From positions 3,855 through 67,854 of the forward strand of contig CAZUWR010000001.1 of assembly GCA_964624415.1 (NCBI GenBank): a stretch of 64,000 nucleotides of DNA, written 5' to 3'. Below are positions 9,341 to 18,903 of this stretch, piece after piece (within the stretch, counting starts at the first letter, position 1; each line of letters starts with the position of its first letter). The notes below the pieces were generated by a model that had not been told where the DNA came from, ran no database searches, and saw only the letters and a list, made by a program, of their open reading frames with translations. A program made the translations under genes and the position numbers. The DNA is from an uncultured Bdellovibrionales bacterium. Lineage in GTDB: Bacteria > Patescibacteriota > Minisyncoccia > Moranbacterales > UBA1568.

Positions 9341-9829
9341 ATGCCTGATAAAAATACGGTAGTGTTACTCGAGAAAACATACCAAACAATGGTAAAGAAT
9401 AGCGAAGGAACGAAAATGTTCAACTCTCTTTTTGTTCAAACTAAAGAAACAGGGATGGTTCAGGATATTCTTCAGGACGGAATGTATTCGTGTGCGTTTT
9501 TTGTGAGTACGCTTCTTGTTATGTTTCGTGTTATTGATGAACCTTGCACGACAGTAAACTCATTACAGAAAAAAATTATTCAAGGTAAGCAAAAGTTTTA
9601 CCAAATTTCTCAGCCTGAATGTGGTGATATTGTTTTTTGGGAAGAGATTACTTTTGAGGATGGATCAAAAAACAAGCATGTCGGGCTTGCTCTCAATGCA
9701 CAAGAGGCAGTATCAACCAATTTTAGGGAAAAAAAGGTTTCTAAACATCATATAACCTTTGGAATGGATAAAGAGGGTAATCCAAAAAGAAAGATTATTG
9801 AAATGTATCGGATAAAATTTGAATCATAA
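9341..9829 (+). CDS. hypothetical protein, possible NlpC/P60-like Cys-His hydrolase
   Basis: 162 aa. YSCAFFVS followed by CGDIVFWEE...HVGLAL resembles the Cys...GDxxFx...HVG layout of NlpC/P60 enzymes. This is motif-level evidence only. Confidence 0.35.
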   Translation: MPDKNTVVLLEKTYQTMVKNSEGTKMFNSLFVQTKETGMVQDILQDGMYSCAFFVSTLLVMFRVIDEPCTTVNSLQKKIIQGKQKFYQISQPECGDIVFWEEITFEDGSKNKHVGLALNAQEAVSTNFREKKVSKHHITFGMDKEGNPKRKIIEMYRIKFES

Positions 9830-9835
9830 AAGACT

Positions 9836-10717
9836 ATGATTCAAAAAGTGTTGATTATAGGTGCACAGGGGATGCTCGGACAGGAATTGGTCCGGGTGTT
9901 TTCCGCTGACTTGCGGTATGAGGTGCACGGATGGGACAAAGATGAAATCGATGTGACGGATTTTGTTTCCGCGGAGGAGCAGATTCGCGCGCTCGGCCCG
10001 AGCATTATCCTCAATGCCGTGGCGTATAACGCTGTGGATGCATGCGAGGAAAATGATGAGGAATATGCCAAAGCGATGCTGCTCAATGCTGATGCGCCCA
10101 AGTTCTTGGCAGGCCTGTCCCGGGATATCGGAGCGATATTTGTGCACTATTCGACGGACTATGTTTTTGGCGGCAGTGAGGCGGGAGAAAACAACAAACA
10201 GGGCTTTGATGAAAGTATCGAGCCGATACCGGTGTGTCGGTACGCGGTCAGCAAACGCGAAGGGGAGAAACAAGTGCAGGCAGTGGGCGGAAAGCATTAT
10301 ATCATCCGTCTCTCGAAACTCTTCGGGAAACCAGCCTTGTCCGCAGCGGGTAAAAAGAGCTTCTTTGATGTGATGCTCGTGGCAGGCAAGACGAAGACGC
10401 AGGTCAGTGTGGTGGATGATGAAATGAGTTGTTTTACCTATGCGCCGGATCTGGCTCAAGCAAGCAAAGAACTCGTCGAATCGAGCGATGCGTATGGTGT
10501 GTATCATTTGATCAATGAGTCTCCGGTCACGTGGTTTGAAGGCGTGAAGGAACTGTATAAGCAGGCCGGAATCGCTACCGAGGTCATCCCTGTGACCAGC
10601 GATGCTTTCCCTCGCCCTGCCAAGCGCCCGACTTTTTCGGTGCTGCGCAATACTAAACGCCCACTTCTGCGTTCATATGAAAAAGCTTTGAAAGAGTTCT
10701 TACAGAAAATAGTCTAA
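9836..10717 (+). CDS. rfbD: dTDP-4-dehydrorhamnose reductase
   Basis: 293 aa with VLIIGAQGMLG, YAVSKREGE and C-terminal RPAKRPTFSVL motifs. Confidence 0.85.
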   Translation: MIQKVLIIGAQGMLGQELVRVFSADLRYEVHGWDKDEIDVTDFVSAEEQIRALGPSIILNAVAYNAVDACEENDEEYAKAMLLNADAPKFLAGLSRDIGAIFVHYSTDYVFGGSEAGENNKQGFDESIEPIPVCRYAVSKREGEKQVQAVGGKHYIIRLSKLFGKPALSAAGKKSFFDVMLVAGKTKTQVSVVDDEMSCFTYAPDLAQASKELVESSDAYGVYHLINESPVTWFEGVKELYKQAGIATEVIPVTSDAFPRPAKRPTFSVLRNTKRPLLRSYEKALKEFLQKIV

Positions 10718-10721
10718 AAGA

Positions 10722-10757
10722 AAGGCCTCTTGGAAATTACCGAAGAGGCCTTTTTTT
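10722..10757. terminator. bidirectional terminator
   Basis: AAAGGCCTCTT-loop-AAGAGGCCTTT with flanking A and T runs, between rfbD and the convergent sigma gene. Confidence 0.75.
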
Positions 10758-11640
10758 ACAGCAGATCACTGTATTGGTATCCTAATTCTTGAATTTTTTC
10801 CTGCATTAAAGCGAGTGCGGAATTTATTTTTTGGCGGATACTTTCACCAGAAACAGCATATATTTCCCCAATTTCAGCGTAGGTATGTTTGGAGTAAGTG
10901 TTCAATCCAAACTTTCGACATATCATCTCACGTATATTGGCATCGAATGTCGAGAGTACGTGATTGAGAAGAGTGGTTCTGAGTTCTTGTTTGTCGTTTA
11001 TGTCAGCGCCGATTACCTGTGTTTCTCTCCATTCACCATACTCTGATGAATGCATCAAAAGAGCGTCAAAAGATATCGCATCTTGTAAACATTTGAGAGT
11101 AAGAAGGTTTTGAACCCTATCAGCAGTCATTTTAGCAGAATCAGCCGCAGAATCTTTGTGATTCTTTGCTGCCTGTTCGTTAAGGTATTGAGCTATCTCT
11201 TCATTTGAGACATTTTCTTTGACTCTTTCAAGATAATTGCGCGCTTTAGCAGCTCTGCTTATTTGCAAAAATAAATCATGAGGGACTCCTATGAGGTTTG
11301 ATTGTTTTGCAGTGTCGCAACCGATAGCATCGCGTATCCACCATGTCGCGTAGGTGGCGAAACTAACTTCTTTTTGAGGATCGAATTTTTCTACTGCATT
11401 GATGAGTCCTAGAACACCCATCTGCCAGAGGTCATCTGCTTCAAGTAATCCTCCTTGTGTAGCCCTTTGGTATTTTGTAGTGTACCATATCACTGGTTTA
11501 TTGATGAGTCCGAGATTGGAAACAATCATTTTTTGAAACGCTTTTACATCTCCTTGTTGCGCCTGAATGCAAAGTTCGGTCTGTTCTTCTTGGTTGAGAT
11601 AAAACTTCTTTTTTGTAGCGCGTCTTTTAACGTTACTCAT
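10756..11640 (-). CDS. RNA polymerase sigma factor, sigma-70 family
   Basis: 294 aa. Region 2 reads LGLINAVEKFDPQKEVSFATYATWWIRDAI. The region 4 HTH reads YAEIGEIYAVSGESIRQ. Confidence 0.8.
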   Translation of the reverse strand: MSNVKRRATKKKFYLNQEEQTELCIQAQQGDVKAFQKMIVSNLGLINKPVIWYTTKYQRATQGGLLEADDLWQMGVLGLINAVEKFDPQKEVSFATYATWWIRDAIGCDTAKQSNLIGVPHDLFLQISRAAKARNYLERVKENVSNEEIAQYLNEQAAKNHKDSAADSAKMTADRVQNLLTLKCLQDAISFDALLMHSSEYGEWRETQVIGADINDKQELRTTLLNHVLSTFDANIREMICRKFGLNTYSKHTYAEIGEIYAVSGESIRQKINSALALMQEKIQELGYQYSDLL

Positions 11641-11845
11641 AACAATACTCCTTACGAGGTTGTATTTGGAAAGGTTCTGATGTTTTTCGGTTTAGAGTGT
11701 TGAGACCTCATAGACCTTAAAAGCGGTTTAAGTATACCATTTTTCGAAATCGTCTTCAAGGCGTGTCGAAGGCAGAAAAAAGTGGTATACTGGTTTTGTA
11801 TTCAGGCAATCAGGTCAGTAATTCGTGAGAAATAAGAGTAAAAGT

Positions 11846-13090
11846 ATGTTTACCTATACGGCGATAAAAAAAGAGGATAAAGAGGTATTGAAGGCTATCA
11901 AGGGGGAAATGAAGCGTCAGGAAGAGGGATTGGAGATGATTGCTTCGGAGAATTATGCTTCGGAAGCGGTGATTGAGGCGCTCGGGACGGTTTTGACCAA
12001 TAAATACGCCGAAGGATATCCAGGAAAGCGCTACTATGGCGGACAGGAGTTTACGGATGCGGTGGAAATCTTGGCTATACAGCGAGCGAAGAAGCTCTTC
12101 GGTGCCGAGCATGCCAATGTGCAGCCACTATCGGGTGCGGCAGCCAATATCGCTGCGTATATGGCCGTGCTCGAGCCGGGGGATACGGTGCTCGGGATGG
12201 ATCTTTCGCACGGCGGACACTTGACCCACGGGCATCCGGTGACCTCGATGTCGAAGATCTACAATTTTGTGCGGTACAAAACCGAAGCGGACGGGACTAT
12301 CGATTACAAAAAACTCGAGGCGCTCGCGATGGAAGTGAAACCCAAGCTTATCTTGGCGGGATTTTCTTCGTACACAAGACAGTTGGACTACAAGAAGTTC
12401 GCCGCTATCGGCAAGAAAGTGAAAGCGATCACGATGATGGATATGGCGCATATCGCCGGTTTGGTGGCGGGAAAGGTCGTCGATAATCCGGTCGAGTATT
12501 TCGACATCGTGACCACGACGACACACAAGACACTGCGCGGACCTCGCGGAGGAATGATTTTGTGTCGGGAAAAATTTGCTCAAGCTATCGATAAATCGGT
12601 TTTCCCAGGATTTCAGGGCGGACCGCATATGAATATCATTGCCGCCAAAGCAATCGCTTTCGGAGAGGCTTTGCAGAAGGAATTCAAAAGCTATGCCAAA
12701 CAGACGCTGAAAAATGCCAAAACACTGGAGAATGAGCTGCGTAAGCGCGGATACGAAATCGCTTTTGGCGGGACGGAAAACCATATGGTAGTAGTGGATG
12801 TGTTTGCGACACTCGGTATCGGCGGCAAAGAAGCGCAGCATATTCTGGACGAAATCGGCATCTCGGTGAATAAAAATATGATTCCCGATGATACGCGCAG
12901 CCCGTTTGATCCGAGTGGTTTGCGTATCGGTGTGCCGGCGCTCACGACGCGCGGTATGAAGGAGCGGGAAGTGAAGCTTATCGTGCAGTGGATGGATGAA
13001 GCGCTTCGCGGTCGTGAGGTCAAGAAGGTTTCCCGCGCTTTGCATCGGGAGGTCAAAGATCTGTGCGCGCGATTTCCCCTGTATGCGTAA
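11846..13090 (+). CDS. glyA: serine hydroxymethyltransferase
   Basis: LEMIASENY, YYGG and the PLP-lysine motif TTTTHKTLRGPRGG. ATG at 11846 is preferred over the GTG at 11825 used in the ORF track. Confidence 0.9.
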   Translation: MFTYTAIKKEDKEVLKAIKGEMKRQEEGLEMIASENYASEAVIEALGTVLTNKYAEGYPGKRYYGGQEFTDAVEILAIQRAKKLFGAEHANVQPLSGAAANIAAYMAVLEPGDTVLGMDLSHGGHLTHGHPVTSMSKIYNFVRYKTEADGTIDYKKLEALAMEVKPKLILAGFSSYTRQLDYKKFAAIGKKVKAITMMDMAHIAGLVAGKVVDNPVEYFDIVTTTTHKTLRGPRGGMILCREKFAQAIDKSVFPGFQGGPHMNIIAAKAIAFGEALQKEFKSYAKQTLKNAKTLENELRKRGYEIAFGGTENHMVVVDVFATLGIGGKEAQHILDEIGISVNKNMIPDDTRSPFDPSGLRIGVPALTTRGMKEREVKLIVQWMDEALRGREVKKVSRALHREVKDLCARFPLYA

Positions 13091-13141
13091 TCGATATCCT
13101 TGGTAGTATAAATAAAATTAATCAATTCTCATTGCGTTTTT

Positions 13142-13396
13142 ATGAATCAGGATATACAAAGTATACTTATTTTCACAGCATTTTTCATTTTTTTGAACGC
13201 AGTTTTTTTCGGTGGATTTATGAAGGGGAAGTTTGCCGACAAAGCTTATGATTGGAGAATGAAGCGACATTTGATAGTAGATGGCGTGAGCAAAGAAGAA
13301 TATGTTCGCAGTATAAAGAAAATCATCCCTATTTTGTTGTTTTTTGGAAATATGTTATACGCATTGTTCATCGTCGGTGTTTTATGGAGAGTTTAA
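13142..13396 (+). CDS. small membrane protein, unknown function
   Basis: 84 aa with two hydrophobic segments. AT-rich. No family recognised. Confidence 0.4.
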   Translation: MNQDIQSILIFTAFFIFLNAVFFGGFMKGKFADKAYDWRMKRHLIVDGVSKEEYVRSIKKIIPILLFFGNMLYALFIVGVLWRV

Positions 13397-13556
13397 GTTA
13401 TCGTTGTAGCTTTTTATCAAGTCATATTTGTCAAAAATGGAAAGAAGTGGTACACTTGTTCCAGTAAGAGACGAGTGAAGACTTTCGTGTTGAATTTGTT
13501 TCTTTTTTGCTTTTAATAAGCAGATTTTACTGTATAACCCCGTTAAGTGATATTTT

Positions 13557-13757
13557 ATGCCGGTACAAAAGCAACACCACACCAAAATGCGTCAAAAGCG
13601 CGGACGAGTCGGCCTGAAGGTTGTGCTCAAAAATACGCAGGAATGCCCGAAATGTAAAGCTCCTGTGCTTTCTCACAAGATGTGCCCGAAATGCGGTACC
13701 TATAAGGGAAAAGAGTTTGTCGATACCCTCAAGAAAGTCGCTCCAAAAAAGAAATAA
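13557..13757 (+). CDS. rpmF: 50S ribosomal protein L32
   Basis: 66 aa. MPVQKQHHTKMRQKR N-terminus and a CPKC...CPKC zinc ribbon. Confidence 0.85.
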   Translation: MPVQKQHHTKMRQKRGRVGLKVVLKNTQECPKCKAPVLSHKMCPKCGTYKGKEFVDTLKKVAPKKK

Positions 13758-13774
13758 CAGTTTTTTAAAATACT

Positions 13775-14305
13775 ATGGCAAATCGTCATCTTCAGAGGTC
13801 GCTGGCTATGCAGTCGCTTTTTGAGTGGGATTTTCAAGGTCAAGACAAGAATCGGACGGAGGAAATCGTGGATCGAAACGTTTTGGAGTTCGCTCTCGGA
13901 CTCGAGGATGCTTCATTTACCAAAAAGCTGGTGCAGGGCGTGATGGATCATCAGGAAGCTATCGATGCGATGATTGTACAGTGTGCCCCCGAGTGGCCTT
14001 TGGATCAGGTGACGGTTATCGATCGCAATATCTTGCGCATTGGCATTTACGAATTGGTGCATGGCAGCTATGACGATGCGCCTCCGAAGGTGGCTATCAA
14101 TGAGGCGATAGAGCTTGCTAAGACGTTCGGCGGGGATAACTCAGCCCGTTTTGTCAATGGCGTGCTCGGGACAGTCTATCGCAATATCGGCGAGCCGCTC
14201 AAGGATGACTCGACGTTCAAGCGGAAAATAGCCAAGGGAAAGAAAATGAAGGAGGAGAAAAAGGAAGAGATTGAAGAAGTTGAAACGAAACCAGTTACCG
14301 AATAA
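13775..14305 (+). CDS. nusB: transcription antitermination factor NusB
   Basis: RNILRIGIYEL and AINEAIELAKTFGGDNSARFVNGVLG motifs, plus a Lys/Glu-rich C-terminal tail. Confidence 0.85.
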   Translation: MANRHLQRSLAMQSLFEWDFQGQDKNRTEEIVDRNVLEFALGLEDASFTKKLVQGVMDHQEAIDAMIVQCAPEWPLDQVTVIDRNILRIGIYELVHGSYDDAPPKVAINEAIELAKTFGGDNSARFVNGVLGTVYRNIGEPLKDDSTFKRKIAKGKKMKEEKKEEIEEVETKPVTE

Positions 14306-14309
14306 CAGT

Positions 14310-15002
14310 ATGGATATGTTTAATGCGGACAATGTAGCAAAAAAATTGGGCATCCTTATTCATAATAAGGATCTTTTTCAGATGGCGGTCACGCATCGTT
14401 CGTATCTGAATGAGCATCGTGATCACCCTCTTAATCACAATGAACGGCTTGAATTCTTGGGTGATGCGGTTTTGGAATTGATCGTAACGGAGTATCTGTA
14501 TCACAACTATCCGAATCCGGAAGGGGAATTGACCAGTTGGCGGGCGGCGCTGGTGAACGGCGAAATGCTGGCCGTGGTGGCGCGCAGTATCGGCGTGGAG
14601 GAGTTTTTGATGATGAGCAAGGGCGAGGCCAAAGATACGGGACGAGCGAGGCAATACCTTTTGGCCAATGCGATGGAGGCGATTATCGGGGCCATCTATT
14701 TGGATCAGGGGTATGACGCTGCCAAAGACTTTATCACCAAGACGGTCTTAATTCACCTTGATGAAGTATTGAAGAGCAAGTCCTATGCCGATCCCAAGAG
14801 CCGTTTCCAAGAAGAGGCTCAGGAGCGTATGGGCATCACGCCCAATTATCACGTGTTGCGCGAGAAGGGTCCCGATCACGACAAGCATTTCGTTTCCGGG
14901 GCTTTCCTTGGGGAAGAATTGATTGCGGAAGGCGAGGGTCAATCCAAGCAAGAGGCGCAACGAGAGGCTGCCAAGAACGCCCTGGAGAAGAAGGGGTGGT
15001 AG
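14310..15002 (+). CDS. rnc: ribonuclease III
   Basis: RNase III signature NERLEFLGDAVLE and a C-terminal dsRBD (GPDHDKHF...GEGQSKQEAQREAA). ATG at 14310 avoids overlap with nusB. Confidence 0.9.
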   Translation: MDMFNADNVAKKLGILIHNKDLFQMAVTHRSYLNEHRDHPLNHNERLEFLGDAVLELIVTEYLYHNYPNPEGELTSWRAALVNGEMLAVVARSIGVEEFLMMSKGEAKDTGRARQYLLANAMEAIIGAIYLDQGYDAAKDFITKTVLIHLDEVLKSKSYADPKSRFQEEAQERMGITPNYHVLREKGPDHDKHFVSGAFLGEELIAEGEGQSKQEAQREAAKNALEKKGW

Positions 15003-15052
15003 GGGTTTGGTGAAGTAGTATTTTTAACAACCAAAGTGAGAGAGGTGGGAAA

Positions 15053-15292
15053 ATGAAACAAGATGTGATGGCGTTTTTGTATTATGCGATTGGCAGGATA
15101 TTCTTTCAGAAGAAGGTGTATCCACCGCAAATGGGCACTATCGACTATTATATAGCCAATTTTCGAGAGGCTTATATCAACTGGCTCCGAAGCGAACTCG
15201 AGCGAGAAGACCCTGTTTTTAGGGAGCAGCAAGAAATGAGGGTCTTTGCGAATGCAGTAAAATCCGCGGAGAATCCAAGTAGCGGTAAATAG
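15053..15292 (+). CDS. hypothetical protein
   Basis: 79-aa ORF with GGTGGG upstream of the ATG and a clean terminator downstream. No family recognised. Confidence 0.4.
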   Translation: MKQDVMAFLYYAIGRIFFQKKVYPPQMGTIDYYIANFREAYINWLRSELEREDPVFREQQEMRVFANAVKSAENPSSGK

Positions 15293-15350
15293 CAGTCCAG
15301 TGGATGAATATTACCCTAACTGGAATTGAAAGTAACCTTTACGATTGTAG

Positions 15351-15382
15351 AGGCTGGTATGCAATATGACCAGCCTTTTTTT
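15351..15382 (+). terminator. intrinsic terminator
   Basis: AGGCTGGT-loop-ACCAGCCT followed by T7. Confidence 0.75.
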
Positions 15383-15446
15383 CTTTGCTTTTCTTCTCAG
15401 TCATAATAAGGTACACTGAAATAAAGTCATTTGTGGCCATTTTTCT

Positions 15447-17738
15447 ATGTATCTCAAAAAACTTGAAATTTCCGGGTTCAAATCATTCGCCAACAAAACT
15501 GTGTTGGATTTTTCGTGTGACGGCAAGAGCGGCATCACGGCGGTGGTGGGGCCCAATGGGTCGGGAAAGTCCAATATCGCAGACGCTATCCGTTGGGCGC
15601 TCGGCGAGCAATCGCTCAAGAATTTGCGCGGGAAAAAATCCGAGGACGTCATTTTTGCCGGCTCGGGTTTGAAGGCGCGTTTGGGCAGCGCCTCGGTGAC
15701 GCTTCATTTCGACAATACCGACAAACGCATCCCGCTTGAGTTCGCGGATGTCGCTATCACCCGGAAACTCTTCCGGAGCGGAGAGAGTGAATACCTCATC
15801 AATGGCAGTCGTGTACGCCTTTTGGATATCGTGGATGTTTTGGCCAAGTCCGGTATCGGCAAAGACAGCTACTGCGTCATCACACAGGGTATGTCGGACG
15901 CTATCCTCAATGCCTCGCCTCTGGAACGGCGTGGGATATTTGAGGATGCGGCGGGCGTGAAGCATTATCAGATTCAAAAAGAACGATCGCTTCGCAAAAT
16001 GGAGAGCACGAAGGACAATCTGATACGGGTGGACAGCCTGCTTTTGGAAATCGAACCGCATTTGAAGAATCTCAAGCGTCAAGCGGAAAAAGCATCGCAG
16101 GGCAAGGATGTGGCAGCGTTGCTCCGTGCCAAGCAGCTGCAACTCTTCGGTTTTTTGTGGCATCGTTTCGATAGCGAGCGCTCCGGATTGGCGAGTGAGC
16201 GCGATGCATTGACGGCTAAGCTTGCTTTAATCGAAGCTCAGGTTCAGGCGCTTGATGTATCGCTTGCCAATGAATCGATACAGGCGGAAGACCAGGGCGC
16301 TATCAATGCCCTCGAGCGGCGTATCCGGGATACGCGTATCCATCTCAATGATGCAGAGCGCAATATTGCTATTGTGGACGGACGCATACAAATTGAGCAG
16401 GAACGCCGCGCGCCCAAAGAAGTGACGCAGAGCACCCCTGTTGATTTGGCCTATGTGCGGACGCGTTTGGCGGAGTTTCGCAAGGATCAGGAAACATTGA
16501 TTACTCGGCTGGGCAATGTCGAAGACCTTTCGGAGCTTCAGGATTTGAAAGAATTGGCACGAGTCATTCAGACGCGGATGTTTGAGTTGCATGAGGACGC
16601 AGGCAAAGGCGTCATCGTGACCAAGCAGACGATTACGCTGCCGGAAGAAGAGCTGCGAGCGAGCGATGTCCGGCTGGCCGAGCTTCAGTCTAAGAAAGCT
16701 ACCTTGAAACAGGAAAGCGAAGTATTCAGGAAAGAAATAGGTGAGAGTGAGACAGCTATCGCCGATGAACGAGAAAAGAGCCGGGCGAGTCGTGAGAAGT
16801 TTTTTGCTTTGGAAAAGCAGGCTCGCGAGAAGCATCACGAGCTCACTCTTCTGAAGGATGCGCTCAATGAAGCCAAGGTGCGATTGGCGCGCGTGGAAGT
16901 GCGCGAGGAAGATCTGATGGCGCAGATTAAAGAAGAGCTCGCATTGGAACCGTCGCAATTGAAGCATGATGGCGCAGCGGTCGATAAGGAAAGTATGGAG
17001 CGCGATATCGCACGTCTGAAGGTACAGCTCGAGCATATCGGCACTATCGATCCTCTGATCGTAGACGAGTATCAGGAAACACAGCAACGTTTCGAATTTT
17101 TGACCCAGGAATCGGCTGATCTGAAAAAGGCGATGGAGGCTTTACGAGAAGTGGTGCGCGAAATGGACGAGCGTATCCGCAAGGAATTCGATGTGGCTTT
17201 CAAACAGATTAGTACGGCTTTCGAGCACTATTTCTCTCTTATCTTCGGTGGAGGAAAGGCGCAGCTCGCGAGAGTACGCATCACCTCCAGGCTAAAGGAT
17301 CAGGAAGCGGATATTTCCGACGATGCCGTAGCCGATGAAACTGCCGAAACACAAGGGGATGAAAGCGCAATGCAAACGGGTATCGAAATTTTTGCGTGTC
17401 CTCCGGGGAAAAAGATTGCCAACCTCGCGATGCTTTCGGGCGGGGAGCGCTCGCTTACGTCGCTCGCCTTGCTGTTTGCCATTATCTCTCACAATCCGCC
17501 GCCATTTGCCGTGCTCGACGAGGTGGAGGCTGCTTTGGATGAGGCGAATTCACGAAAACTCAGCCGTGTTTTGCAGGAGCTTTCGCATCACACGCAATTC
17601 GTCGCCATCACGCACAATCGCGAGACCATGCGCCAGGCAACGCTCTTGTACGGTGTGACGATGGGTGAAGACGGTATTTCCAAGCTACTCTCCGTCCGTC
17701 TCGATCAGGTCGCTGATGATGGGAAAGTATTAGGGTAA
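15447..17738 (+). CDS. smc: SMC-family chromosome partition ATPase, short form without recognisable hinge
   Basis: N-terminal MYLKKLEISGFKSF and Walker A GPNGSGKSN. C-terminal signature LSGGERSLTSLALLFAI and Walker B FAVLDEVEAALD. Only 763 aa. Confidence 0.85.
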   Translation: MYLKKLEISGFKSFANKTVLDFSCDGKSGITAVVGPNGSGKSNIADAIRWALGEQSLKNLRGKKSEDVIFAGSGLKARLGSASVTLHFDNTDKRIPLEFADVAITRKLFRSGESEYLINGSRVRLLDIVDVLAKSGIGKDSYCVITQGMSDAILNASPLERRGIFEDAAGVKHYQIQKERSLRKMESTKDNLIRVDSLLLEIEPHLKNLKRQAEKASQGKDVAALLRAKQLQLFGFLWHRFDSERSGLASERDALTAKLALIEAQVQALDVSLANESIQAEDQGAINALERRIRDTRIHLNDAERNIAIVDGRIQIEQERRAPKEVTQSTPVDLAYVRTRLAEFRKDQETLITRLGNVEDLSELQDLKELARVIQTRMFELHEDAGKGVIVTKQTITLPEEELRASDVRLAELQSKKATLKQESEVFRKEIGESETAIADEREKSRASREKFFALEKQAREKHHELTLLKDALNEAKVRLARVEVREEDLMAQIKEELALEPSQLKHDGAAVDKESMERDIARLKVQLEHIGTIDPLIVDEYQETQQRFEFLTQESADLKKAMEALREVVREMDERIRKEFDVAFKQISTAFEHYFSLIFGGGKAQLARVRITSRLKDQEADISDDAVADETAETQGDESAMQTGIEIFACPPGKKIANLAMLSGGERSLTSLALLFAIISHNPPPFAVLDEVEAALDEANSRKLSRVLQELSHHTQFVAITHNRETMRQATLLYGVTMGEDGISKLLSVRLDQVADDGKVLG

Positions 17739-17744
17739 ATAAAA

Positions 17745-17780
17745 CCCCCCTCAGTCAGTGACTGAGGGGGGGGTTTTGTT
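17745..17780. terminator. bidirectional terminator after smc
   Basis: AAAACCCCCCTCAGTC-AGTG-ACTGAGGGGGGGTTTT. Confidence 0.8.
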
Positions 17781-17794
17781 GAGGTGAGAAAAAA

Positions 17795-18712
17795 TTAGAT
17801 TTTATCTTGCGGCCAATGGATGAACCAGGCGGGGACTTTTTCGATGAACGGATTGTGTACACTGATAGTAAGCTCACCGTCGTGAAAAGTCTTTTTCATC
17901 ATGAGTTCTTTTTGCCAAAACACAGAGCTTTCATCTATCATTTTAAAGGTATTTTCAATTCCTCTTTCAAAGGTATTTTCTTCAGTGGTATGTATAGACT
18001 CAGTATCTTCAGTGATAGCATATCTCAATAAAACATCTATGTAATTACCTGGAAATGACATATCTGATGAAAAATCGCTGTTTTCATGTTGCGGTGTGAT
18101 ATTTTCTACAGCGACACAATGCCATATCAGCATCAATTCCCACAGAGCCTTCGCCACCTTGGCCGTCCGATCAATTTTCGCTTCGACTTCAGCGATAACG
18201 CTCAAGAACCAATCGATATCTTCCTTTATCCCCGCAATCAAATCGTCCGTCTGCGCTTTGAAATGAGCGTACGAAGAGTAACTAGTTGGACACAGACTTG
18301 CTACAGAGAGCGCATTCTTCACATCCGTTTCCAAATTGCTGAGACCTTCTTTATCGAAACCGATACATTCAAGCGGATACTTCTCGAAAGATTCCCGCTT
18401 GGCATACGCATTTTTCAGTTCTTCCTCCCGGTATGTTTTTACGCTTTGAAATTCGCGAAGCGTTTTTAGTATTTTGGCATCGGCTAAAATATACCAACAC
18501 ACAATAAAAAAGAGCAGACACATTACCAAAATGGGAATCAGTGCCGATTTTATGGAATCTGCAAGCGCAATTTTACCTGACATGATAATCATTGGTACTA
18601 AAAAGAGTAGTACCGCGAGTAGATCTAAGCGAGGGTGTTTGTTCTTGAATGTCCATAAGGTTATTCTGACCTTCCAGATCAAAGCCGACAGTTTTTTAAG
18701 CAGAGTATTCAT
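17795..18712 (-). CDS. hypothetical membrane protein
   Basis: ATG at 18712 is preceded by GGAGG. Two N-terminal TM segments are followed by a soluble domain of about 230 aa. No family recognised. Confidence 0.5.
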   Translation of the reverse strand: MNTLLKKLSALIWKVRITLWTFKNKHPRLDLLAVLLFLVPMIIMSGKIALADSIKSALIPILVMCLLFFIVCWYILADAKILKTLREFQSVKTYREEELKNAYAKRESFEKYPLECIGFDKEGLSNLETDVKNALSVASLCPTSYSSYAHFKAQTDDLIAGIKEDIDWFLSVIAEVEAKIDRTAKVAKALWELMLIWHCVAVENITPQHENSDFSSDMSFPGNYIDVLLRYAITEDTESIHTTEENTFERGIENTFKMIDESSVFWQKELMMKKTFHDGELTISVHNPFIEKVPAWFIHWPQDKI

Positions 18713-18903
18713 GATGCCTCCAATGAGCATATTTGCGTAGGAACTAGTTTGTTGCCATATTTCGCAACGATTCATACTACCATATCAAGCGGAAAAGTCA
18801 AGGACAGAGCCTAGAGAGAACGATTTTTGACATATACACAGCACTCCATTTCTTCCATTCTTTTTTTATGGTAGACTGAAAAGAGTTACAATAAAGCTTT
18901 CTT

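Noticed and set aside
9824-10507. 227-aa minus-strand ORF
   Set aside because: It is antisense to rfbD.
12128-13045. 305-aa minus-strand ORF
   Set aside because: It is antisense to glyA.
16227-17087. 286-aa minus-strand ORF (also 15483-16163)
   Set aside because: It is antisense to smc. The coiled-coil repeats generate open antisense frames.
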